Assembly: GCA_964016885.1 (NCBI GenBank)
Contig: OZ024758.1
Span: forward strand, 20,150,001-20,214,000
Reading direction: 5' to 3'
Origin: Eledone cirrhosa
Lineage: Eukaryota
DNA length: 64,000 bases
Below are positions 26,423-40,002 of the stretch, piece by piece. The notes beneath the pieces are model-generated. The model searched no databases. It saw only the letters and a list, made by a program, of their open reading frames with translations, and was not told where the DNA came from. Every line of letters begins with the position of its first letter. The stretch's first letter is position 1. The translations under genes were made by a program, and so were the position numbers.

Positions 26423-28408
26423 ATGATTCCGCTTCACAAAATGCGGCTGTTATAATGGATGTGGTGAAACATACTATACATACCGTTTGGAAACCAATGT
26501 TCCATACATTTTTTCTTGGACATATTCTAGAGCTAATAGGAAATGAGCTATTGAATCTTCGCTCTTATATTCCAAATAAAAGCATACTATCTAGCATAAG
26601 ATAATATGGAAGGCTGCATTTCTGAAAGCAAAATCCATAATTCTCTTTTGCATATCTTTAAATTTCGTGTTAACCGTTTGTATGAAGACAGTTATGGATT
26701 TGGAGAATATGTAGAAGTGATACTCAATGAGATGTTGATTCAGTCTGTACCTTGATGTCTTCAAATCATGATTATCTTTTTTACAATGGCATAATTTTTG
26801 ATGTTAAAAGAAGATATCTTGTTCCAAACAATCTTTGATTTCAGAGACCTTTTGAATACCCTGTGTCTATGGCTTTTGTGTTTTGTTTCTCGTTCATTTG
26901 TGCCATACCTTTTATTAAGTGAATGTACGGTCAAATCCTCTCCTATCTTCTCTTGTTCTATGTCTGGTTTTCCCTGATTCGCTACTTATATTAGCGTAGA
27001 TCTGATGGAGTAACATATTTCCTTTTTAATGGATATTTTGGCTGCAATCCCGATTAACGTGCTAATACTGATATTCGTGGAAGATTTATGTCAACCTGTG
27101 ATGGTCAATTTAGCGTTTTATTGATATTCATCTTTATTGTTCAGTTCTTTTGGGATTATTTATATGGGCCCATAAGAAGATCAGTTGATTGTAAAATTAT
27201 TTAAAGATTATTTTGTTCTCCATTTGCTCTGCTATATTCATGAATTTCTGGGATTCATCTGTTTATAAAACTTCCAAATATGGACGTTTCTTTCAAAGTT
27301 TGAAGAGTTTTATATCGAAATAATTACTCTATATATTTTAATGAAGTTTCATTGTATTTTAATGATATTACATTGTATTTTGTAAGTGATACTTCGATTA
27401 TTATTTGTCCTTTTGGTTCCTGAGAAGGTGGGATATGAGATTTATGTGCTTCTCATATTTCTTTGCGAGGATTAAAACATTCAGCTGTAAAAGCATTATG
27501 TCACTTTCTGTCACTTTCCCATATGTTAATAGAACATGTTTGCTATGTGTATCTGTGAATATTGTAATCATAAATATATATCTATCAGTCCTGTTTCGTT
27601 AAATATTTCTCATTTAGTGTTTTCACTTCAGATTTGATGAGGAGCATATACCTCATCAAATTTCGCAGTTCTAAACGAGATATGAATACATACAGGCACG
27701 GCTCAATGTCAAATGCTCGCTCAGTAAATCCTACTCACTCAGTCAGAGCTGAGAACATATGGATATATAGGTCAAACGTCACTTAAAAATAAAACAAGTA
27801 TTGGGCATGATATAAGTTTGTTAAATCTTGCAGATTGTAACACATCAATTCACTAGATGTTTTTAAAACACTTAGTTACATGTCGTGTATGACTATATAG
27901 CTTTATCATTTGCTTGTCTGATTATATGAAAGTTGGGTTATTACCGGTAGTGTATGACCGATCATACTTTCAATATGCATTGACAGCACATTCAGTAAAC
28001 CAATGTTATTAAATCGATTGTAATAATGGTTGGACCAATTATATTCTCATATATTTCTCGCATTCACTTGTTTGTGAGAAGTGTTAGTCAACATTTATGC
28101 GTAATGACCTCATTATATAAGTTAGAATGAATTATTAGCGAACACCCATTCCAACGCTCCTATGTCTCTAGACCCGTGTGTAATTCAATATAATGCAATC
28201 AGCAGGAATCTATCATTCAGAGATACACACAGCTTGCAGTGACTTTCCTGTTAATACCACTGTTGCCTGTTTAGTATATTCTGTATATAACGATTAATAT
28301 TTCTCGTTCTCTCTTACCTATCTTAACTTAAGTTCAAACGGTTCTAAAATGAATCTCAACACATCTTTGATATTACTTTCATACAGTTACATACGCACAT
28401 AGAAAGAC

Positions 28409-28476
<68 letters not shown>

Positions 28477-28497
28477 CATATATATATATATATATTA

Positions 28498-28974
28498 TCT
28501 ATATTACTAACATAGAGAAGCTCTGTTTGTCTGTCTGTCTGTTCAATCACTAAAACTCGAGAACCATCCAACCGGTTGTTTTCAAACTTTACACATGCAA
28601 TACTTATGGTCCTATTGGCTGTTCTGAATAAAAACAATTTCAAATTTCAAAAGCCCTAGGGATCGCATTAGGCGATTTAACGATCTCTGTCTCTCTCCCT
28701 TAGTATTTCTCTTTTTAGATACATACATAAATATTACGTTGCGCCTTTATAATATCTGTTTGTATGCCTGGCTGTATGCATTACGGCATTGTGACGCGGT
28801 GTGTGTATATCTGTATATGTATACATAGTGTATATATATTTATATATATATGTATATATTAAAATAACAGATTAATGTTTAAGGAAAGAATTGCTGCTTT
28901 CACCCTTAACGGGATCTTCTGAAACTAAAATAATAAATCTGTGAACGCAGAAGTAAATATTTCGAAAAACGTTA

Positions 28975-29030
<56 letters not shown>

Positions 29031-29252
29031 CACACACCGCGTCATAATGACACAATGCAGACATCCAGGCATACAGAGAGATAGTATAAAGGCACAACGT
29101 AATATCTATGTATCTATCTATATATATATAATTATATATTCGTGTACAGGTATATTTGCTTACACATATACGAGGCTCGAGAAGGATAAATATATATCAA
29201 ATATATAAGAACCCTAGAGCAAATCCCGACCAACGCCGGGCCATTCTGCTAA
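28498..29252 (+). mobile_element. Non-autonomous Helitron with nested repeats
   Basis: 5' a|TCTATATTACTAA followed by a (GTCT)n tract. 3' subterminal hairpin cccgac-caac-gccggg, then CTAA|t (CTRR end, A|T insertion site, no TSD). Confidence 0.7.
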
Positions 29253-29663
29253 TATGATATAAAATAAGTAATTTTCAAATAAGAAAACAGATATATCTAT
29301 GTGAAGAAATATTTACAGGTCAAGTATGAGACTGTAAAATTTACAGTAAACTATTCAGGATACTACATCCAATACATACATGTTTGAACTCTGCAATAAA
29401 AGTGTTTTGGTCTTATTTTCAATATTATACACACATATATATATATATATATGTGAGAAAAACCACATACCCTCCATCTCAACTCTACTATTGAAAAGCA
29501 GAAGAACTGCGAAACCGGTAAAGGAACCAAATAAATATATATATATTTTTTTAAAATAAGACTCCAGTTGCATTTCGATTTCATATTTTATCCTTTATAC
29601 TTTCACTCGAGTAGGGCACCTCGGTTATTTTTCATTTTGTAAAAAAACCTCACTTTCTAATAA

Positions 29664-29704
<41 letters not shown>

Positions 29705-29832
29705 TAACAGATTAAAGTTTAAGAAAGGAATCGAAGATTTAACACTAATCGGGATATAATATTTATATATATATTATCATTATCTAGCCCTCATCGGATT
29801 TTAGTCCTTGCATGTATTATTATTACTATATA

Positions 29833-30003
29833 CAAGGCCAGCAATTACACAGTGTATTACTGGTACTTTATTTTATTGACCCAATAAGGATGAAAGGCAA
29901 AGTTAACTTCGGAAGGATTTGAACTCAGAATGGCAAGGGCCGTAACTCTATGCGTCTCAAGCATGGCGTCCGACCCCCTACCGATACTGCCAATCCCCCG
30001 CCC
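29833..30003 (-). mobile_element. Nin-domain SINE
   Basis: Same consensus. Confidence 0.85.
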
Positions 30004-31334
30004 TGTCAAAACATTACATTATATACATATATATATAATTTAATGTTTTGACAACCCAAATCCTACGGCGGAGAGAAAACATGTAAAATATCTTCTGGGC
30101 AAGTATAGACATATAATAACCACAGAATTTTATCGAGACTGAAGAAATCAAACAACATGAAACAATGTCTCATACAATAATATAAAATATCACAAATGGT
30201 TAGGTTAATTCACTGTTTGAAAATTTGCTGATTTACATATCCATTTTATTCAATATCCTATAACGGTATTCTGATGTTTATGGTGTAGAATCAAACGGAC
30301 ATCTTACCACGGATCTGTAATTATCATATGCAATATGTATATGATATATGTCAGCTTTTGGGTCGTATATAGAAAATTAATAGTAAATTAAATGAGATTT
30401 ATTGATTTTGATCTTAGGATTGAGAGCATTATTTAGATATAAACCATCAAAGACAATGATTGCATATAATATTGTCTATGACATGCAATGTTACTTACAC
30501 TCTTAAACATTTGACTTGCCTAGACATCAATCATTTTATAATTTGTTTAAAACCACATGCATATGTTATGTAAAAGAAGGTCACCTTTTAATATTTCAAA
30601 TTACGTGGTATCACATCTCATAAATAAATTTATGTTTCTTGGTATTCAACGAATGCAATATATGTGTGAAATTTCAATGAATAGTGCGTGAGTGGTAAAT
30701 TGATATGTTCTGTCTATTCTGAAGCTTAGATAATAGAAACTATGCACATTCGATTACCACTTATTCGTGAGAATAACTTGGTGTTAGTCGAAAAGAGTTT
30801 TTCTGTTATTGAATTAGATACATAAAACTGAAAATAGTATTAGAGAATTGTTAATATTGTGTTTTCAACATATAATATTTGATTCTATTTAGAATTTTGA
30901 TAATATAATTACTTTTTATAACACCATGATAACTTTCACCGACAAAAATAATTAAGTTATATTTTAATTTAATACGAAATATTGATATTTTTCCCAGAGT
31001 AAGACAGAAGTGATATTAACTAATTTTTAGTAAATTATGCATCAACCTCAACAGTACACTGTCTATTAGTAAATATTAGTCTGTTAAATGATTTGTAGTT
31101 CACCATTCAGAATATGTAATGGTCATTCCTTATAGTTGCACACTATTCATACATTTATATGTGTGTATCTCATCTGAAAATAATGAAAACACATGATACG
31201 TATTTCTATGGTGTTTGTACACATTCAGTAACTTAAAAGTATTTTCAGTTATGTTCCTTAGTTCCATTATATAAGTTTAATTGACTAACCGATTATGACT
31301 TTATACATACACATTAATTATATCTACTAAGACG

Positions 31335-31697
31335 GGACACCCTGGGACTCTGCACATTCAGTAGTGTTGCCGATAAAGTGCGTAGATCGGATCTCAGAAA
31401 GCCAGTCCATGTAGAGCCGCTTCTTCTCCGAGTTGAGACATCACAGCTCCGATATTATGGACATGTGGTTAGAATGTCTCATGATATAATCGCTGGACAG
31501 ATTTTACGGGTAAAACCAACCAGCAGGAGAACCGATGATAGACCCAGAGCGAGATTGTTGGATAACATCCATCAGCTTGACAAGTCATGCTTGGAGATAC
31601 AGAGAGACCAGTTGGACAGGAAACTCTGGAAGGAGTGTTTGAAGACACTTCCCCTATGACCTTGTCAGTCACGGGCGAAGATAATGACGAAGAAGAA
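31335..31697 (+). mobile_element. 3' fragment of an RTE-clade LINE
   Basis: DKVRRSDLR...VEPLLLRVETSQLRYYGHVVRM...RPRARLLD matches the RTE C-terminal LRWFGHVxRM...GRPR motif. Ends in a GAA-like short-repeat tail. Confidence 0.8.
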
Positions 31698-31738
31698 TAT
31701 ATATCCGATAACTTCAAAATATTCTAGCGTTAATAATT

Positions 31739-32115
31739 ATTTCTACTGTTGGCACAAGGCCAGCAATTATCCCATTGCATTACCGGTACTTTATTTCATC
31801 GACCCCGTAAGGATGAAAAGCAAAGTTAAACTCGGCGGGATTTGAACTCAGACAATAAAAGGCTGAAAATATTTGCTGCAAAGCATGGCGTCAGACCCTC
31901 TACAAATACTGCCAATCCACTGTTGATAATTGTTTCTACTTTAGGCACAAGGCCAGCAATCACCCAGTGCATTACTGGTACTTTATTTTATCGACCCCGT
32001 AAGGATGAAAGGCAAAGTCAACCTCGGCGGGATTTGAACTCAGATCGTAAAGGGACGTAACTATGCTGGAAAGCATGGCGTCCGGCCCACTACCGATACT
32101 GCCAATCCACCGCCC
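31739..32115 (-). mobile_element. Two tandem Nin-domain SINEs
   Basis: The second copy is flanked by the 16-bp direct repeat atccactgttgataat (31915-31930 and 32116-32131). Confidence 0.9.
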
Positions 32116-32689
32116 ATCCACTGTTGATAATGACATCCATTTATTCATCAAATCATAATCCGCATTCCTAACTTTGAATGTGTCAATGAGAGGATAATCA
32201 TTCCTACTTAGAAGTGATTTGGCATGCAAGTATTTTGTGCTGAGGAAATTAAATGCATGAAATCAATCGATTTTAAACAAATCAAACGAATTTTGTATTT
32301 TTAGAGATTAAAAGAAGAATTCCGTTTATTTTATAAGCGCACATTTTGAGCAGCATTGGAAAATATATAATGTCTTGCATCTTAATCAACTGCATGGTGT
32401 ATATTTCTTGAGAGAGTGTCACATGAATATTAGATTTAAATTTTACTGACATAAAAAGGTCACTGTAAGACATATACACACATAATCACAGACTCATACA
32501 CAAACTCATATATATATATATATATATATATCGGAGTGGGTATTTGTATGTATGCATATTCATATATATGTTTGTAGGCGCGACGTCGTTCGATTGTGTG
32601 CACGGAAACGCACACACTTGTATATCTATCTCTCTCTCCATATATATATAAAATGTATACATTACACACACACACGCATTTATACACAT

Positions 32690-32722
<33 letters not shown>

Positions 32723-33604
32723 CGTATATATAACAAAGAATGTGTGGTAAGAGACCAGGAGGACCATGACGCACCAGAGTACTCGGTCCGGATCTAATTT
32801 AATTGAAGTTATGATATAGATCATGAGGCATTAGTATGCATCATAATTCAAAGATAGTGAAAATCGCAAAAGATCTCTTAATCTGCAAATATTAATTGAT
32901 GTAAAATTCGTTAGCCGATTAATTAAAATATATGTGTCCTGCTTTGGATTTCTTGAAAGAGTAACATCATCTCACAAAGTAGCATGTCATTAATGTATGA
33001 ATAGCATGTTCATTTATAGATGCCTATCTGACAAGTTATATAATTTACTGACACCCTTAGCTAAATTGAAACATTAAAATATGTTCGTATTGCAGATATA
33101 TTCGCATTCGGTAGTGAAGCATAATACTACCGACAATTATGCCCTAGTTCGACGTTATTAGTCTAATAGCAAACGTTAATGAAATTGTTTATTTAATTTC
33201 CATTGATTTTGGCATAGCTGTTATTGGCAGTGTTGACGCACAAATAGAATGTTACAGTCTGTAATAAAATATATATAGAATGTCAGTACATCAATACTGC
33301 AATATTACTGCTTGCAGAATTATTAATGTCCTTATATTATATTCTCTGTTGAAGTGTATATAGTATATATTACAACCAGTAGTGCAAATTACCTTGGGCC
33401 GTCTCCTATATATAACTACATTCAGATAAAATTCGGTTCAGAATCGAGATTCCGGGTTCGACACTACTGCTGGTTATGATGGGATCCTTACTTAACTGTC
33501 ATACACCCGTAATAAATAGCATATTTTGACGGGTTTCTGCCAGGTATAACTCAGTGTATGGTCATATATTATATATATGCACATGCAAATACAGGCTTCA
33601 GCAC

Positions 33605-33639
<35 letters not shown>

Positions 33640-34218
33640 GAACACTCATAACACACACACTCTCTAACTCTCTCTCTTACTCACACACACACATACACAC
33701 ACACACACACACTCACACACACACATGTTTGTATATATATAGAGAGATATATATATATATATATATAGATAGATAGATAGATATAGATGGATATATAATT
33801 ATATTAGTGTGTATTAAAGTTCAAATTATCTCTTAGATGTCTGAATTAGTAGGTAACACTTCAGAAAGACATGAAGCATTCTGAAAAAAAGACCTTAAAT
33901 ATTAGTTATCTATGACGTAGTTTTGGATCCTACAATCATCATTTCTTAAAAAAAAAAGTATTGCTGATTTGCATAACATCATATAGTTAGATATTTATCA
34001 CATAATCAGGTGTAAACTGCAACTGACGTGTCAAGGTTGTAATTTTACAAGGAAATATGATTTCTTTTAAACCTCAAAAACGAATAACATATACACGTGA
34101 TTCATATGCACCTGACAACATAACAACATATAACATACACGCACTGAACACGTGAACACACACATATACACGCACGCACAAATCAATCTCACAGCCACTC
34201 TCATATATATATATATAT

Positions 34219-34423
34219 AACGAAGGAGTTGTGGTAAGGAACCAGATGGACCATAACGCACCAGAGTACTCGATACCTAGGGTAGTAGAGTGGGTAATAG
34301 GATAACGCATAACCCCGAAGGCAGAGCTCAATCCGTTTCCATGGCTATTCCTGGACTGTTTTAGTCTAGAAATAGCCGTCGAAACGGCTTGAGCTCTGCC
34401 GTCGGGGTCATAATTTCTCCTAT
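34219..34423. mobile_element. Fold-back element, family D (tail 34219-34296; arms 34297-34357 and 34363-34423)
   Basis: Homologous to 32732-32790, 44448-44530, 44572-44715, 44775-44830, 50809-51043, 56522-56700 and 61606-61746. Flanked by TA runs. Confidence 0.8.
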
Positions 34424-35525
34424 ATATATCTATATATATATATTTATTCATATACACCTTTTCATACACACACACACACACAAACACACACCTGCTCACA
34501 CATACATACTCGAAAAAACGTACATATACATACAGTCTAAAAAAGATGACAGTTTCGGGGAGTACGTCCCAATTTCCTTCTGGTACATGCCCCATACCAT
34601 ATTGACAATAGAATAGAATTAACTCATGTAAATAACCTGTCTTAAGGATGGATCCAAGAGAATATGTTCGACAAATAACTTCTTAAACTAGAAACCATGT
34701 CTGCATTTATCCGTTTGAATCTATTCGGTGAACAATGTTTGTCTGCCTTCTCTCGTTTATATCCCTTACCAGATGAAAATATTCATCAACCACGACTTGG
34801 AGTACACCCCAAAGGAAATATCTCCAGGTTGATATCATTCTATTGCACTGCAATTATAGAAAGATATTATGGAACGCTGAGATTATCCTATATTTCTGAA
34901 TAAGAGTATCTAGGGAAATTATAAAGAAATTTATTTAATCAGGGAAAATAATTGCTTCGAAATAATTCGCTCATTTCTCCACAGATATTGGGCAAAGTTT
35001 CAATAATTAGTTTTTCTTTTTCAGGCTCACGAAAATATCTTTCTCATATATTTATTAAATACTTTAAATATTTAAACGTTTTTACGAATTAGATGACGAA
35101 ATGCCTAACATTCTGGCAATCATCCAGTTTTACGATGAAATAATTTTATTCGTTTAAAATAGATAGAAAAACTCTGACAGAATTACTTTATATGTATAAG
35201 AAATAGAATAAATTCAGTGGATGTTATTTCCTATTATTGCAATGAGTTCTACAGTTTTCTTATGAAAGTTCTGCTTCTATCTTCAGCCATTGGAAATGTA
35301 CCAATACTTATAATACCAGATAGCCATAGATATTAAATTGCTAGTTGAAATATTCTGCAGTTTTATGAAACATTGTTATCAGAATCCAATGCGTTCAAAT
35401 ATTTAGTTGAATTTCACACTCCGGAATCATGAATAACAACCAATATTATGTCACTGGGTCACCCATGTAGATTCAAGTTAATATGTAATATTTAAACTAA
35501 TTATGGATTAGATTCTGTAAATAGT

Positions 35526-35862
35526 GGTTTTTGATTTACGTATAAGGCCAGCTATTTAGGGAGACGGGTAAGACGATTAAATTGTATGGTATTTATTTTA
35601 TGGTATTTTTTTTATCCACTTCCTAACGATGAAAAATATAGCTAACCTCACCGGTATTTGAACTCAGAACATAACGGCACAGAACACTATACTGTTAATA
35701 ATTGTTTCTACTTTTTGCACAAGTTTAGCAATTACCCAGTACATTACTGAAAGCAAATTAGGATGAAAGGCAAAGGTAACCTTGGAGGGATTTGAACCCA
35801 GTCCGTAAAGCGACGTAACTCTATGTTAGAAAGCATGGCGTCCGACCCTCTACTGATACTGG
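35526..35862 (-). mobile_element. Two tandem Nin-domain SINEs (one old, one with an internal deletion)
   Basis: Same consensus, more diverged. Confidence 0.7.
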
Positions 35863-36765
35863 TAATGTGAGACATAGTATCCTATGAATATTAACAAGTT
35901 ATCAGTTTTGGGATCATATTTACTTCATATTTTTGAAGACGGCTTTGAGATTACGTTTTTGTTATATTTCAACCCTACATTTGGATGAGATCATTATTAA
36001 ACCCCTTAAAATATGAAACTTCTTATGTCACACTAAAAAATCTAAACTCTATGATTTCCCTTTTTTCCTGATTTCCTGATATTTTTCTTTTCCTATATGT
36101 TAATTCTTGCAAGGAATGTAGCAGGGAAGAAAGAAAATTCGGAATCAATATTAAATTTGTATTCAGAATCTAACTTTACCTTACAGCCTTTTCCATGCAC
36201 AGTTTATTTATCGATAAATGAATTTTCTTCAGTATAGAATATGAGTTGTCGAAATCATTTAAAGTACGTGTCAAACTGAAATTAAATTAAATGAAAATCC
36301 AATTTTTAAAAGGTATCCTGCAGGTCTAGATTATACGTGGAACATACAAAAGCAAACTATTCTTCAAATGTTTAAATTAATTTGTTCTGGGATATATTGA
36401 AATAAGTGGTAACATATAAAACACACGCAAAGTTGTATTATCTAGCATCATCACTTAATCTACATTCTGATGTTTACTTCGTCTATATACAATATGTTTA
36501 AAAACACAAACTCATCGTATAAATAACATATTTACACGTAAGTTAATGCAAAGAAAAATGAGAAGAATAAACATTTTCAAACATTACAATAATCTAAAGC
36601 CATTCCTAAAACGAAGATTCTTTCAGTAATCGCGCTTATATGAATCACAAACGAATTACTCAAAATACAAACTACACAATGACGTTCACGCGGCGGCTTG
36701 CTCATACGAAACACACACAGCTATATGCGAGGGATTAAATATTAAGCAACATTGTATGTATTGGT

Positions 36766-37796
36766 TGTATCGGTAGAGGGTCGGACGCTATAATTTGCAG
36801 CATAGAGTTAAAACCCTTTACGGTCTGAGTTCAAATTCCGCAGCTGTTAACTTTGCCTTTCGTCCTTACGGGGTCGATAAAATAAAGCACCAGTAATACA
36901 CTGGGTAATTGTTGGCCTTGTGCCAAAAATAGAAACGATTATTTGTATTGGTATAGTCGGTAGAGGGTCGGACGATATGACCATGATGTGCAGCATAGCT
37001 AATACCCTTTATGGTCTGAGTTCAAGTCCCTTTACAGACTGATTTCAAATCCCGCCGAGGTTAACTTTGCCTTTCACCTTTACTGGGTCGATAAAATAAA
37101 GTACCAGTAATGGACTGAGGTATTTGTTGGCCTTGTGCCAAAAGTAGAAACAATGATATATATTGCAGGATATAGGATATGTCAGTGTGATATGCTTATA
37201 TGTTTGACAACCTGATAAATGTAATAATTGTTTCTACTTTTGGCACAAGGCCAGCGATTACCCAGTGCATTACTGGTACTTTATTTTATCGACCCCGTAA
37301 GGATGAACGGCAAAGTTAACCTCGACGGGATTTGATCCCAGAATGGCAAGGGCCGTAACTCTATGCGTCAAAGCATGGCGTCGGCCTCTCTACCGATATT
37401 GCCAATCGACCTGTAATAATTGTTTCTACTTTTGGTACAAGGCCAGCAATTACCCAGTGCATTACTGGTACTTTATTTTATCGACCCCGTAAGGATGAAC
37501 GGCAAAGTTAACCTCGACGGGATTTGATCTCAGAATGGCAAGGGCCGTAACTTTATGCGTCAAAGCATGGCGTCGGCCTCTCTACCGATATTGCCAATCG
37601 ACCTGTAATAACTGTTTCTACTTTTGGTACAAGGCCAGCAATTATCCCAGTACATTACTGGTACTTTATTTTGTCGACCCCGTAAGGATGAAAGGGAAAG
37701 TAGACCTCGGCGGGAATTGAACTCAGATCGTAAACGGACGTAACTATGCTGGAAAGCATATCCTACCCTCTACCGATACTGCCAATTCACCGCCCA
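36766..37796. mobile_element. Nin-domain SINE cluster (+, +, -, -, -)
   Basis: Plus copies at ~36766-36940 and 36955-37153; minus copies at ~37228-37405, 37420-37597 and 37613-37796. Confidence 0.9.
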
Positions 37797-38330
37797 ATCG
37801 ACCTGTAATAATAAAAGGTGTTGCTACAATACCGCGTAAATAATAAAGGTGTATGTTTAAGTTGAGGTAGGCATTTGTGTTAGCTGTAAAATTAATAGAA
37901 ATATGATCACATATTCCTCTCTACACAGAAACACATCTTAAGTGGGGATTACTATTTCTAAATATCAGGTATTGTTTTTTCTGTGTACACGGTGATGGTG
38001 ACTGTATCGGTAGAACGTCACAATATTTTCAGGCTTAACCTTTTTACACGTTTATGTTGTGATTTCAAATCACACCTTTGTTAGCTTTGCCTTTCATCAT
38101 TACGGGATCAAGAAAATTAGGCACCAGAAATGTGTGTGTATGTCTGTCTGTGTGTAGATGTGGTAGCTCACACCTATGCCGGTTTAGCTGCTCTCCGCCA
38201 AGTTATATCTCGTTGGAGGTGTATTGGGTAATTTAATGATAGTCCTATCATCATATACGAAGTCCTATCATCAGAAATGGAGTGGTGTTGATTGAATTGA
38301 TTCCCCCCCCCCCCTCAATATTGTTGGGCT

Positions 38331-38515
38331 TGGTGGATTGGCAGTATTGGTCGAGAGTCGGACACCATGCTTTTCAGCATAGAGTTACGGCCTTTTATGA
38401 TCTGAGTTCAAATCCCGCCGAGGTTAACTTTGCCTTTCATCCTTACGGGGTCGATAAAATAAAGTACCTGCAATACACTGGCATAAGTGGTGTCTTGTGC
38501 CAACAGTAGAAACAA
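38331..38515 (+). mobile_element. Nin-domain SINE
   Basis: A box tggcagtattgg, B box gttcaaatcc, Nin domain. Confidence 0.85.
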
Positions 38516-38854
38516 TAATTCTGTGTACAGAGATATATTTGAAATTGTCTACAATTACAAGTTCTTTTTATTTTAGTCACGACTATAGCACCTCCTTAAA
38601 AAAGATTTGTTATATCTAAAGTAAAGTTACTCTAAAACTTCAAATACACTGTGCATGTATATATGATGTCTCGAAAGAGCAAACGACTGAAAAGTATTAT
38701 ATCCTTGATGGAATGAAAAGATCAGATGAAATGGAAAGACAAAATCTAAGAGATCGGGTCGCAAAAGTTGTTTGAGAAAAAACACTTTCGTTTCGTTTTC
38801 AGTTAAGGATTTATATATATATCGTTTTTTATAAGTATATATATTTTATTTGTG

Positions 38855-39199
<345 letters not shown>

Positions 39200-39965
39200 G
39201 TTGTTAGTATTTTTCTCTGAATGTTTAATTTAGGTGCTTATGCTTAAGTGTATAATGTAAGGGATAAGTAAGAATGGAATAAATATACGTCTACATCAAC
39301 TAGATGGAAGCACATTTTATCTTTTAAACTCGAATCTTTAATTTCAGTTCAAGAACTCTTACTAAAAGAAATGGTCTTTTTTTTTAGAGTTGGAACAAAT
39401 GAATTCCTCTAAAGAAATTCAAGAAAACATTTATATATTTACGTATCTTATTTATATATTTCTTTTTCCAATTTCTGCTTTTGTGCCTAAGATTCGACAG
39501 CTCTCAGAAAGGACAATAACGTTGTAGATAGCTTTTATTTCCATAATACGTTCTTTATGTGAAATCAATGCTCGCTCCCATTAACGTTCAAACTCTGTTA
39601 TTGTTACTCAGCAATTCTTCAATGGATGTTTCACAGAATAGGTTCTGCTAAAACATCTTTAATTATCCGACATTCGTTCGCATTCGTTCTATGATAATAA
39701 CAATCAAAATAAATACGTATATCTAAATATAAATAAGACACTTACAACATTTTCTTTTAGAATACAATTGAGTGAATAAGAAACTGGAGTCACAAATCAT
39801 GTCACCAAGACGTCTGCACAGAATAATATGCTAAAACTCTAATACAATGAATTTCAGGTGAAACAAGTTTCAAAGCAACGATTTGGTGTGAATCCTAGTC
39901 TGTATTCCTTATGTTGAACAATCACTAACACACATGAATACACATACACACACATGAACACACAC

Positions 39966-40002
<37 letters not shown>

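Noticed and set aside
27632-27661. Small hairpins atttgatgagg/cctcatcaaat here and gtatgcgttgt/acaacgcatac at ~57913-57938
   Set aside because: Arms are only ~11 bp and there is no complete ribozyme core, so they are too short to interpret.
37228-37811. Repeat-spacer pattern resembling a CRISPR array (also 14643-14846)
   Set aside because: The spacers are homologous SINE copies, the repeats are target-site duplications, the context is eukaryotic and no cas genes are present.
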